DNA of 64,000 nucleotides from Paraglomus brasilianum (Eukaryota). Below, piece by piece: positions 11,574-24,930 of this stretch. How positions within the stretch are numbered: position 1 is the first letter of the stretch; every line of letters begins with the position of its first letter. The position numbers and the translations under genes are program-made. The notes beneath the pieces were generated by a model. The model searched no databases, was not told the origin of the DNA, and saw only the letters and a program-made list of their open reading frames with translations. The stretch covers positions 1 to 64,000 of the forward strand of contig CAJVPI010000044.1 in NCBI GenBank assembly GCA_910592345.1, read 5' to 3'.

Positions 11574-14046
11574 GTTGAATTGGGATTATTGTGTTATGGT
11601 TATGGTTAATGGTTATGGAGTTTTTTGAGCAGTAATAATTTTTTTCTGCAATTTATCACGTGGACGTATGTTTATTGGCTACATATTTAACTTTAGAGTA
11701 GCTCTACTATGGAATTTTGCTTTTCGAGCATGTAGTATGTACGAGTTCAGCGTAGACACGAGAAGTAATCGAACTAGTATAAAGGCAAGAGCTAGTTCTG
11801 AGGACTGTCAAAACCGTTACCTTCGTCAATTCCGTTTTTTGAAAGATTCAACGACATTACGGATGTGCAAAAATAATACGCGACAATACGAAGCATTATA
11901 TGAATACGTCACCATAAGCGTTTGTTCTGACAATGAAAGAAAGAAAAAATCTGCATATATGGTCGTTTTCGAAAGTTGTATAACTGTTAGGTGAGCAAAT
12001 TGTTCGTATGTGTAACATTTATAAGGATTTATTTAATAGAAACGGGATCACTCAGACTCTGACTAATCCTGAAGATCTTTATTAATGTCGTTCGCTCTTA
12101 TGTAAAAGGCAGCAAAGTCTGTCCTATACATGTGGAATGTCAGTAATTTGAAGTCGGCAAAAATGTTACGTATACACTTGTGTGCCTTTACTGCCGGTAT
12201 TACAATTTTTTAGAATGAAGTTTCTCGACTTATAAAAGGAATCATCCGTGGTAGCGATTACCAATCAACTCGATTTTATTGACAGGGAAATATCGTACGA
12301 CTAGTAAGGCATAGTAAGGCATAGCGAAAATTAATCATCTGGGACTTGGACATTAGATACACGAATTCTCATTTAGATTAAGAGAAGTAGGCTCAATTAC
12401 TACAAAACCTTAAGGTAAGCTTCCTATCATCTGACTTACTAATGAGTTGTGCTTAGGTAATAATAAGGCTGTGAGAAGCTCTTATTGAAGTGAACAACAA
12501 GGTCCGAATAGTGCTAGAAGCACTATAGTCACAATGTTTCGAGTCAATAAGCAAGGGAGAGCGCTTGTATCTTTGACCTTGGGATTCAGCCGTTTCGATC
12601 GAACCTTGGCAATCTACATTCCTGGAATGTTGTGACATTATTACCTTGCAACCCCAAAAATAGACTAATAATTTTTCTTATATTCAAGAATCGCTACGAT
12701 TTCCCTAATACTAATCTGTAATCAATCCTGCCAGGATAATATATTTGACTCTTAAATATCAAAGTCTTTTCTTTGATTCAGCAATCTTACGTTATAGGGC
12801 TACATCTATTATTTTATATGCGGGATTTTCTTGCATTGCCTGTAATTAGGATCCCGTTATTGACACCTGAGCAGTTATTTAAAAGATCGATGGTGCATTG
12901 GAGTAAAGCAGATAACCCCACCTGTATCGACAATAAAAAAAGCATCTGCCATGGAATTTTTCTCATTATTGGATTCGTTAGTAACAACCTCTTTCGAGGG
13001 ATATGAATGAAATTCAACTTGAACATTAGACGCTTTAATTAGTTTGTGGTTGTTACAAACGAACGAGCAAGGCCGATCTAACATACAGGAGAAAAGAAAA
13101 AAGAATAATATCTGCTTGCAGCCAGATGTACAGATAGTAGTAGCTCAGCTAAGCTTGTTCCAATATCTAATAAAGTGTTGGGATAGTTCTCTCATTCAAC
13201 AGAGTCCTTATCGTAACAAACCGTCGAAAAAATCACAGTAACTTTTTTACACGTCCCAAAGGAAAAAGAAATGCTGATACCTCCAGATAAAACCGAAAGC
13301 CCAATTCAACATTTAGATCATTCCAACGTCATGATTTCCTAACGTCAAAGAAACATTATTTTCGCCGTCTGCCATATTAGTAGTTAGTATCAATGGAAAA
13401 CGCGTCTTCTTCAATATCTATATAGACGCAAGACTATCATTTAATCATACACTCTCACCCTACCAAAATTACCACGTCTCCGACAAAGAACAAGATCATT
13501 AACACTTCGCATTCACCACAAAGTCTGCAACAGTCTTGTGTTAGCCCTCCACATATAACATCATTTATTAGCCAATTTTATTTTTTTTAATTAACTAAAT
13601 TAATCTAATAGATCTCACCTTCTTACTATGCAATATAAAGCCGCTGGGAATGCCACAAATATAACCGACAGTGTTTGGATTATATTTGCGAAAATAATCG
13701 TTTATATTTCCATGGGTGTAAAGCATCTGAACGTTATATCAGCTAGGCAAAAATACGGAATTGAATTGAATAGAGAGGAAAAGAGCAATTTAAAAAGACA
13801 AGCGAAACAACAAGTAGACAGATAAAGGGGTGAGGGGAGAGAATTGGGCATAACATATTACGGAAAAGATAGAACAGTAATTCATAGAATGAGGATTAGG
13901 ATTTAGTGAGAGAGCAGCAGGTATGATTTGCAGACTCATCTCACACATGATTTCATCCGAATCCTAAATTACATCTCATCCACAACTATCTCGTGTTCCC
14001 AACCTATATTCTCCCTAAGATTGTTCCTTTGCCATGCATGCGTTCT

Positions 14047-17000
14047 TCACTCAACATACTCGCCTTCCTCTGCGCTTGAATCATCATGTTTTATATGCAC
14101 CGGTAGCTCTTCCTCCTCTTTCTCTTTCTTGACCGCTCTAGTCTCTTTACCCTCTTTACCATCCCTATCCTCCTTACCCTCGTCTCTACTGCCCATCACA
14201 CCATTTTTATTGTCCGCCTCATTTTTGGTTCGATAGTTGTCTGTGCGGGGTGAAGATGTTGAGTGACGGGAATCGTAATAATGGCTGTCATTACGAGAAT
14301 CAGAATGGCGAGAGTCGGAGTGGCGGGTATAGTGAGAATCGGAATAGCGGTCTGTGTAATGATGATCGTCGTGCTTTGACGTTTTCTATTTGAGCGGAAT
14401 TTTTAAAGATTTATGTTTGAGTTAGGGCGATGATCAGGTATTCAGAAATAGCCAGTAACTTCATACCTTTCGTCTTTTTCGTTTATCACCGTCTCGTTCC
14501 CTATCACTATGTTCACTCTCGCCAGAAATATCGGAATGGTGATGTTCCCGTCGATGGTGATATCGTTGGCTTTTGTGCTTACGCTTACGATCACTAGATG
14601 AATGGCGGGTTTCATCGTATTCCTCATCTTTTAGCGTCCCCTCTTCGTCATCGCTCTCGGCTTGATCTTTTCTTGCGTGTTTTTCCTGAGCATAAATAGA
14701 GATTTGATTCGTCACACAGTATTGGGTAGGGTCAAAATTTACTACTAACGCTAACTGCCAACGTATAAGCGAGCTGAAAGAAGTAGATACCTTCAATCGA
14801 TCTTTGAATTTGTTGAAGACTTCAATTCGTTGTTCTTCATCATTTAAAGCTTGAAATTCCTCGGTTTTTTCTAGTATTGGTCTTACTTGTGTCCATGTGA
14901 TGTCAGGGTTAAACATTTGCTCAAAATGCTTTAGTATGGATCGAAAAGCCTCCATTTTTTTACGTTGTTTCTTTTCCTGCTTTTTTAGCGACTAGGAACA
15001 AAAAACGGTTTGATATCTTTAAGCCTATCCATCAGCAAAATTAATAAAATAGCAATTGAATTCGCAATATGTTCACCTGTTCGTATATTATTTTCAAATT
15101 GACGTCACTCAAAACTGAACCCCGTTCATCTGATTTCACTATCGCCATAAACTCAACTAATGGCAACGATGGACCTACAGTTATGTCCACATTCTACCAT
15201 AATTAAACGTTAGCATTAGTTTTACCCTTTAGTCACTTAAAGTCCATCAGAGTGGAAATGTACCTTCATAACGTCCATCACCATTTTTTTCTGCTGGTAT
15301 AGAATCTCATCCAACTCCTCCACAACGTCCCAAAACAATTCCAATGGACTGGATCCCGGTTGACCGAGCATATTCAAGTATCGTTCATCTGTACCTATCA
15401 GCGGATAGATCTCGGACCATTTTGATTTGGCCGTAATAACATCTTTTTGTTTCAGTTCCTCCAATAGTTCTCTAAACGTACTTCTGTTCTTCCTCTCTCT
15501 TCGTTTCTTAGCGTCTGTCATCTTTGCTTTCTTCAGGTTATATTCGCGTTCAAGAGACTTGATATGCTCTTCATAAACTGCGAGAAAATCAAGCATATCC
15601 ATACGCTGAAGACTCTCATCAGATTGGTATTCAGGTGTGGAAGAGTATATTTGTTGAGCATCCTTCCAACGAGTACTCATTGTAATGTTAGATAGAGAGC
15701 GAAGAAGGCGACTAAATTTGTCCATGTTCTCTTTACGTTTTAAATGAGCTGCTTCCTAAAGTATTAGGGTACGCTAGTAAGCATTTACCTCTCGACAATG
15801 CGATCATACAACTAAGGACACAATCTTACTTTTTCTTGTTTACGAAGCTCGTAAATATAGTCATTGAACATTTTCTCTCTTTGTCGTTCATCCTCAACTG
15901 CCAGAAATGCCGGTTCTTGAGCAAATATTTCGCATATCTTTCTACCTCAATAGATGGAAAATTGGTTAAGCGTTATATATATACTCAATATAAAATTTTC
16001 ACGGAAATCTGCTCTTAAATTATTTTCTGTTTGACCAATTATCCCATTATCATGTTTCTTCCTCACGTGTGCAGTTTATAATAAATGTGTCTAATTCTCC
16101 CACCAATCTAACAAACATACCTGTATCGTGTAGACGAATTGATTTCCGGGCGAGTTTCGAGTAATTCGATAAAATCAGCGCGCGTTTTTGCTATTTTCGC
16201 TTTTTTCTCCTCCTAATGCAGTTAAGAACGTGTTTAAAAAACTGAGATATGAGCAAAATTATCCTTATCGGTTGCTATTTACGTTTTGACTCTGAACTTT
16301 CGGGTCTGCAAATTCTTGAGCGATACAAAACTGAGTTTTTGCAAAACGAGTTTAGCGAAGCCCTTACCTCTTCCTTCCTACGCAGTTCATCAATGTAATC
16401 CTGATAAGCTTGCTTACGTTCGCCCAAAGTCTTCAACGCCCTATACATTGGTTTAGTGATGACTGCCCTCATCGTTTGCTCCCAGCTCCAATCTGGTGTT
16501 ATTCCCTACGAATCAAGACCATTTAGAACCAGTAGCGAAACAGAACGATCTCTTTCTTTCCAGACCTCACAACCCGCTTGTAATCTCCTATTTTTAATAT
16601 CCTCATACTTCACTTACCGACTCCTTGAGCAGCCGCCTAAACGCAGCTTGAGCCTCTTCCTTTGTCTCAAATTCCACTTCGATTTTCTGTTGCACTGGCG
16701 TGATTATCGGTATATTCGGGCCGACTACTGGTGCAGCAACACCCGATGGACGTGCGGAAACGTTGAGAGGAGTGACATTTACAGGACTTACTCCAGGAGT
16801 GCTTAATCTGCGGGCTTTTTCCATATCTTGTTGATTTGGAAACGAAGCACCTGCGCCGTTGATTTGGGTTGGGGGATCAAGTGGACTTCTAAAAGGAAAA
16901 CAATCAACAATGTTGAGCAGACGACATCAAAATAGGCTGTTCAATCGACCATATTTGTAGATAGCTTATGTATTATACTGCGAACAAAACTTACGCTGGC

Positions 17001-17725
17001 TTTTTCTCTTTTTCAAGGGTTTCGAGAAATTCTACAAGGCAACCTTGAGATGAATAATAATAGCAATAATTGAGACTATAAATCCAAGATCAGCTAACCT
17101 TTGTATTCTGCGGGCATATCCCATGTCGTTTCTTTGGTACCCGCATGATAATAATACTTTCGACCGCCCTCGGCTGTAAATTCCTTCCATTGACATGTCC
17201 CTAGTGCTCTCTGAATACCGCACGATACGGTAAGAATTATTCAAAATAAAATGGGCGCGAAATTTCAAGTAGACCGATAGTCAGTCATACCTCTTCTGGA
17301 GTTTTCAGCTCCTCTGGCTTATCCCAAGAACTTTGTTTCGTCAGTGTATTGTAATAATACTTTCGGCCGTCAGCCGATGTGTGTTCTGTCCAAACACTAT
17401 TATGCTAAAGATGGCAGTTGAATGTGAGTTGAATGTGAGTTGAAGGTAAGCATACATAACTATGTAAATGAACGTTGAATCGTACCGGATTAGAGCCAAA
17501 TGTTTGGGAAGCGAATGGTGGTGCCGGTGGCCTTCCACTAAACGGTGGTGCTTGGTATGGTGGTGGCCGTTGTGGGGGCTGAATAGCATAATGCATATGA
17601 ATCACTCTGATAATTGGCACAAGATAACTTGCTTTTGCAGATCAGCTCGACCGGTTACTACTCACCCCACCATATAACGGTCGTTGGCCGTACTGTGGAG
17701 CTCCACCGGTTTGTTGCCAAGACAT
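14047..17725 (-). CDS. PRP40: U1 snRNP-associated splicing factor Prp40 (2 WW + FF domains), multi-exon
   Basis: Pro-rich N-terminus; WW domains [16 protein letters not shown]...WDKP and [14 protein letters not shown]...WDMP; FF repeats; [20 protein letters not shown] tail. Confidence 0.93.
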
Positions 17726-18842
17726 TTTGACGGAACAGAAGCTATGATATTAGTATGTGGCGATTGTTTAGTTGAGTCAAAAAAAACTATTCGATATATT
17801 GGTTTGCGCAGCATAAATTTATGCCACTCTCGTCCAATTATAATTAGAATTAATTATGACCTGAATACATGTATTAGTATTATAAAAAATCCTGCGCTAC
17901 CCGAAATTTAATCAATCCAAGACTGTCAAAACGGATATTTTGATATATTCACGTTCTTTTTGTCAAACCCCTTATCTTTCGGTGCTCGCGACAGAGGCAT
18001 GGTTTCTTGTTTTCGAAATGTCTCAACTATCCGAAGAACTAGTATGAGGGATTCCCTAAAAAGACGCGTCGAGATTTATCGCTCTTTTTTATAGTTAATA
18101 CTCTCTTCGACAAAGAATTATTGTGCCTGAACGGAAGTTAGAGTAACGTCTAGCTAATGGATTAAGCGGACGCTGGCAATAGTCTAGAGCAAGGGACGTG
18201 GTTTCGAGGGCACCCAAATGCAGAATTGAGCATTCGATGCATCAGATCGCGTCGAGGACTTTCACTTGTGACCGAAGTTGAAAATACCCTCAAAAATATA
18301 TTCAAGTAGCTGCTAAAAGTTCTGCGTTCCCGAAGTTTGTCTTGACAATTGGTAGACTAAATAAAGTTGTACTGTTACGATCATACACTTTTTGAATCTC
18401 ATGCATATGTAATTAGAATATAATCCCCCCACATATCCCGTTTAGCGTCACTAATTGCTCTAAGATTGAGCGTCTCGATATCCCAGTTTAGTAATCTTTT
18501 TATTATACCCAAGAGACTACGTTACGCCGGAGGTTATGTCTTCTCCGCGGTCTGTAAACAAAGACCTGTAACAATGCAAGTTTAAGAAAAGCACTTCTGA
18601 CCCTCATTTGTCACATATAAACGAAAAAACTGACCAAGCAAAAGTGAACACGCTACTTTTGATGTCACAAAGTTTAGAAGGCTCAGATTTACAGGCGATT
18701 ATACATGATTTAACTTTCATGTTACGCCTTTATATTTAGATTGCTCACTTTGAAGTAAATATTTGACTGTCAAGTGATTTACGTTGAAGAATATGTGAAC
18801 TTTTCTGACGTAATTTAACTTTCATTGTTTTATAGCCGTTAT

Positions 18843-20372
18843 TTATTTTTTTGCAAAGAACGTAGTCAGTTTCTTCATTCCTTTGATATTAGCTTTTGCT
18901 AAAACAGCTTGACCAGTTGATAGCTTCTGTTTCTAGGTGAGGGATGGGTAGTGACACAATGTTTTAAATTACAGTACTATTAATATTGATATCCAATTAG
19001 CAGTAACTCTTTGTAAATACCTTCGTTGGTGGTCCCTTGGGAGGGAGGACTTCCTTCCGCATTGTCTTTCTGGCATAATAGTCAGCGGGATTATCCGCTA
19101 TTTGCGTGTTCGATACTTCCAATCTTCCAAGAGCATCAAAGCTACAAATAATAAACGCGCGGTTCAAAAATGTCATAAGACCCGCATCTAAACATTACGC
19201 ACCATTGTTATCCATTCTTGCTTACTTATATACTGCCATAAGCCTTTCTCTCCAAAGTAGAGGTAAATACTCCATGACTATTTCTATTGTTGCTTTTAAT
19301 CGAATCTCTAAAGCAACAGACGTTCCACATTACATTAAACAGTATAAATAAAAAGCCAAACCATAAAGCACCTTAATACCTTTTTGAAGTCGATCATCTA
19401 TCGAATCGTTGTTCATGTGTTGTATCAGTTGCTTTAGACTGTTAAACGAATCAAAATTGGACAATATATGAGATATCTATACAATTTTAAAAAGGATAAT
19501 AAGTAATGGGGGCCGTCCAAGATAAAATAGACAATCCAAAATATTGACCATTACTTTCAATTTAAGCCAAGCCATGACTTTCTCATCATTTAATCGAAAT
19601 ACAACTTTTCCAGAGTTCATGACTATGTGAAGCGCATCGTGTTACATACAATTAATGTTTCAAGTAAATGTTCTCACTACTCACTGACCTTGACAATCAC
19701 ACACCCACCCTACATATTTCTCAATGTTGTTGAGAACAGATAGTTTTGGCAAACTAGGATACTGTTCTCCATCGAGAATATCTTCCAAGGGTATAAATAA
19801 TCCGTTTGAATCTGATGTCTAGTCAATGTTATAGTATGCGTATTGCTGTGTGTATCATGAACAAACAAGACCTCAATAAGATGCATTCTCTAAAACTCAC
19901 CTTTCTTCGACAAGTGTCAAGTATTGGTATTAAGACAAATAACGGGTCGATTGGGGTAAGACAAAAAAGACTTCCATCTTGTAACAAAAAATATTCAGTT
20001 TCGAGGCGCTAGCTAAAAACGAGCAGGACGAATTTAAGTATAGAAACCCACCGCTTTGAACAGTGCTACCTATGAACCACGATCTCTGACTTTCACAGTC
20101 AAGTTTACGAATTTCTAATAGTGTCTGGTCTTGAAGAATGTACCTCACTGCTTGACCTTTTTGTACAGAATTAGTTTGTTTTCTCAAGATCAGCCGTCAG
20201 TAATTCGGTAGTTACCTGTCCTTGGATGAGGCAGTCTTATTGAGAGTAGGCTTTCATTGCTATTTTCTTTACCTGAATTTAATGGTTGTCGTAAACACAA
20301 AGAAAATGGCTAGCAATCTCGAATATTGTGTAGGTGCTTACCATATTCTTTTATAAAAATCCAACCATGCAT
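18843..20372 (-). CDS. RNH202: Ribonuclease H2 subunit B, multi-exon
   Basis: IRLPHPRT, SQRSWFIGSTVQ, VFRLNDEKVMAWLKLK; C-terminal PIP-box-like LAKANIKGMKKLTTFFAKK. Confidence 0.9.
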
Positions 20373-20510
20373 TGGAGAATGAGTTCAAGAAGAGACGCGC
20401 TTTGGATATGATACGTGTAGCCAATAAGAAAAGAAATTGTTATTCGGATAATCACCACGTGGATGACCGTAAAAAAAAATACTCCAACTTTTCCCCTGTT
20501 AGCCAAAACT
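20373..20510. promoter_or_regulatory. Short bidirectional promoter between RNH202 and SNU13
   Basis: Divergent ATGs 138 bp apart; contains CCAAT and CACGTG (20456-20461). Confidence 0.65.
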
Positions 20511-21143
20511 ATGGTCAGTAACTGTTATTTCCAAACAGTCAACTTTATTATACTTTTTTCACAAAGCTCTCCAGGCTGATATCATGTACTTATTTAGGCT
20601 ACCCAACCAAATCCCAAAGCTTTTCCTTTAGCAGATGCCGAACTTACAGGTCAGATACTTGGTTTAGTTCAACAAGCATTACACTACAAACAATTAAAGA
20701 AGGGTGCAAATGAAGGTAAAGCCTTTGTTAGCAGTTTCAGAACCAGAAAATTAAGATGCGCGCACTTAACATGATTGTTGTCTTTACTATGTTAGCTACA
20801 AAAACACTTAATCGGGGTACAGCAGAATTTATTGTAATGACAGCAGATACAGAGCCGATCGAAATTCTATTACATTTACCTCTACTTTGCGAAGACAAGG
20901 TTAGATTCACACGAATATAAGTATTGTTATGTTATGTTCTACTTGTACTTGATACTCATGAAACTCTATCCATTTTACGTTTAGAACGTTCCGTATGTCT
21001 TTATTCCATCAAAGACAGCTCTTGGACGCGCATGTGGAGTAACTCGCTCGGTAATTGCCGCATCTATTACAACAAACGATGCATCAGAACTTATGCCACA
21101 AATCCAGCAGATTAAAACTAGCATAGAAAGACTTCTGATCTAA
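20511..21143 (+). CDS. SNU13: Snu13/15.5K L7Ae-family kink-turn binding protein (4 coding exons, first is ATG only)
   Basis: [17 protein letters not shown]...[18 protein letters not shown]...[33 protein letters not shown]...IERLLI. Confidence 0.97.
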
Positions 21144-21723
21144 TTTATCCGTGTTGGGAAAGGGGAGTGGCGGCTTTGACGAAGGTTATTCTTCTCTGAC
21201 TTTTTTTGTAGCAGTTTTAGCAGAGGCTCTATAAAACAACTTCTAGACGTGTAGGCGGCTTTATACGATAAAACTTAGAAACGTAATACGTTTATATAGT
21301 AGACAAACAAACATGCTGATAACTTTTAAGGGTTTTAGGACTACAAGCGATACTCTCGAAAGAAGTGGATATAAACGAACAGTCATCCATAGTAATAAAC
21401 AATAAAGGAGTAGAATAAATTCGTCAGGAATGTCACCAGTTGAAATTAAATGAATATATCAATTTATTAAATCACCACCCGATCATGGATTATATGAATG
21501 AATCGTATCGTCAACTAATAGGAGTTTTGCCAGAATTCGATGATTCTCGATGGTTAGCTAGCTCCTCTATTTGTACAAGCCCAGATCGCGATATTCTATT
21601 GTATGGCCGTCACCATATTTTCAATTGTATTGCTACTGTACCGTTATTACTTTTTGCGTCTTCTGTTTATACAGTATTTCGTATAACACTGCTACTTGTA
21701 TCACCAATGTCGCAGATATGACG

Positions 21724-22980
21724 TTAAAGCTTGATTAGTTTTACCATCTCAACTAAACTAATTATTGATCCTGCACATTGGACAAGTTGTAAGATCTCCT
21801 CATCATCATTATAATTAGCCACATGTTGCTGAACCCTGATAACACAATCCCAAACAGCAGCCTGCAAAGAAATTTCATATAAGAAACTGGTATAATAATA
21901 ATAATAACCATTTGCCATAGTCAGCAGGTGGCTGCAATCAGCGGCAAGATTTCAGTTGCATCCTTATAGACATTTCCAGGGCTCAGGACAGTCTAATTGC
22001 AGTATCATTTGTCATCAATCTTCCAGTAAACAGATTGTGAGGCAGCCACAATGAAATTATCTTGGCTGATAAAAGTTGTCATTAACATCATTCACCTGTA
22101 TGGATAAATCCAATAGTTGTCAATGTCTGCAACACAAGCACAGCCCAATTAACCTCATTTGCCAGCTGCATAAGCATGTCCTTTAACATCTTTGGTAGCT
22201 TCAACCCACTTTTTGTGCCATTCTCTGATGTGCATGTTCTCCTTGCTTCTCCACTACCACCAGCAAACTTAAACTCTAGATTTTCTAATGACCACACTAT
22301 TAAGTCTCCTCTCTGATCAATCTTCCCCAGGTACAATGTGGTTTGCATTTTTCTGCAACTGCATGCTTCACTGATACACAATTAATTTTTGATACAAATT
22401 AGATTCTAGCAAAAATAAAAAAGCAAAATACAACACATACCATATTGGCTCCATATTCTTGATGTCAGCTATCAACAATAGGGTACCAAAGTTGCATATT
22501 ATACCCTTGCTCATGGTGTCCTTTTTTGAGCAATTCCATTTCATATCCCATATATTACACACCACACCACACAAACAATGTTAAACCCTTTCTCCTCACT
22601 GCATTTGCATAATTAATACTCACATAGTATGCATGATATACAATATTTGATCCAATCATAGTCATGATGTTTTTCATGGACAAATTCTCCCTTTATAGTT
22701 TCAATTGGTTGCTTGATTGCCTGTCTTAACTCATATAATGTATTCTTCAAAAATTTGTCATTGGAAACAAGTGGTAAATGCTTGCTCTGAGAACTATTTA
22801 ATGCTCACTTCACCTTTTTGAAGGTTGAATGGTATTTCAGAAAGTCTTCTGGAAATTCTGGAAGACTAAAACTTTTATAAAATGCTATTGATCACACTTG
22901 ACTTGTCTGTGGGGTCAATAATGAAGCTATGTGCCATGCTTTGTGGAGTAAAAGATGTTACAATATGAGATGAGACATGT
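21724..22980 (-). pseudogene. Degraded PD-(D/E)XK-like nuclease-family gene of a type expanded in Mucoromycota
   Basis: RGDLIV...GSGEA...SGLKLPKMLKDML...TTIGFIHTG motifs amid stops and frameshifts; nearly CpG-free. Confidence 0.55.
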
Positions 22981-24930
22981 GAAACCCCTGACGCTGAAAG
23001 GCGGAAGGTACAAAAGGCAGACAGACAGGACGCGCAGGCAAAAGAAAGGCGAACTACGAACGGAATGACAAGGAAAATAGCTATCTACCTTGTCAGGGTA
23101 GAGATGGCAGATTTTAACGTGAAGCGTGACGATCTAACATTTTTCATGGGCATGTGACAACAAGTGTCGCGTGTAATCTGCGTCACTATGTAAATCCCGG
23201 ATTTTACATATGTAATTTGCGCCAGATGTCCCCAAACCGTAGTTAATATTTGTTGTGCATATATATGCATATTGGCGTCTTATTTACGAGTGCCATGTAA
23301 CCATATGATGATTACCTTACCTTAATATGACGTGGTAGTAGACTGCCTTCTTTAAACAACAAAGGAAGTATATTTTAAATGTATCACGCAGTGAGTGCAT
23401 CATCATACGATTTATTCTTTACATAATTGCAGGAGTAGATTTAGATTACAATGTATCACATACGATTATTATTCGATTCTGTTGACAGACAGTCTTCAAA
23501 CAATCGCTAGTAACACAAGCAGATGATATGTCAACCATAACGGTATATCATCATACAGTTGGTTTGGTGTGTAAAAATTGAAAGCAAAACTTCAAATAAT
23601 AATCGCGTTTCGAATTAACAATGTTTTGGTGCCCCTCGCTTTTAATTGATAATTAATTGACTTATAGGGGGGGAGGGGTCAGACAAATTCTGTAGTCTTG
23701 AGCCTCAGAGATCTTTCCGTGGCATCATGTTCACTTTGCCCAATTAATAGACTTTGGCGAAGCATAAATAATTCATACCATTCCATCTTATTTGGCAGTT
23801 CTAATAATGGCAACAAAAGTATAATCGACACATGTCTGTCAACCTTAATCAAGTAGATCTTAGCCTTTGACACTTATGTTGTGTGCCGTTTTCTTGACTT
23901 TTTTAGAACTGTGGGAACAACTACCTTTTTAGTGAACATAAGCACCTTCACGTTCAGGGTACACTCAATACGAAAAATGCGCGCTAAAGAATTTTCTACA
24001 AGATCGGTATGATAATTGTTGTTATTGTAACTGGTTATAGTATTGGTATAGTTATAGTACAGTTTTGCCAACTTTTCTTGTGTTTCTAGTATTGATTCAC
24101 GTGATCGTCTTTGAAAACCGACTTTAAAATTTTAAAGCGATGGTTTTTATTTGTGAAACCGCTTGAACCCACGGTTGTAAGCGATCACAAGAATTCTGGT
24201 AGTTGATAAGCACAATTCCTTGTAGTAGTAGGGGAAAGAAGTGAGTATTACATGTTAATAATCGTTGTCATATATTAATATCTTTATTTATTGTATAAAT
24301 AAGAATGACTATCTTACAGTAATCACGTCTTCTCGTGATCATATTTCACCAACTAGTTTGAGATACGGGACACATTCTTCTAGTTGTCTATGTGTCGTAT
24401 CGTATCGTATACACTGATTGGTGATGAATACAACTTATTGCGTCGTCTTTGAACTTATATTCACAATACTTTCATGAATATTAATTCATGAAGCATACTT
24501 ATAGTAACCATAAGTCGCACTTTAGTTATATTAACTGCGGCATATTGACGAAGCAAAGGTGACAAAGCAGCTAAAAACTGCAAAATACTACTAGCACTAT
24601 TACTAATATTACTAAATGTCTCTTAGCATAGTCCTTGAATCAGAGAGAGAAGAAAATAAATTTTTTCAGAAATAGCAAATCATATGAAATGTACATGAGG
24701 AGTCTATATAAGCAAATACCATATTTTTTTTTCCCGCAACTCTCTATGGTCAACTATTATCTAAATATGGTAAGACGTACCCGGTATGGCACATCAAAGA
24801 TGCATATACTAGCGACCATAAAGAGCACAGAAGCAGGAGTGGGGATGAAGAGAGGAAACGCAAGAGAAAAAGAAAGAAAAAGAAAAACAGAGGACAATAA
24901 ACCATTAAAGTGAAATGATCCGAACACTGC

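Noticed and set aside
12450..13240. Possible hAT or other coding relic between NOP10 and PRP40
   Set aside because: Many stops; no convincing motif or termini
17742..18000. Upstream ATGs as an alternative PRP40 start or uORF
   Set aside because: Weak donor sites and out of frame with the MSWQQ start; more likely 5' UTR
23679..24071. Two short minus-strand ORFs
   Set aside because: No recognisable domain; probably TE debris
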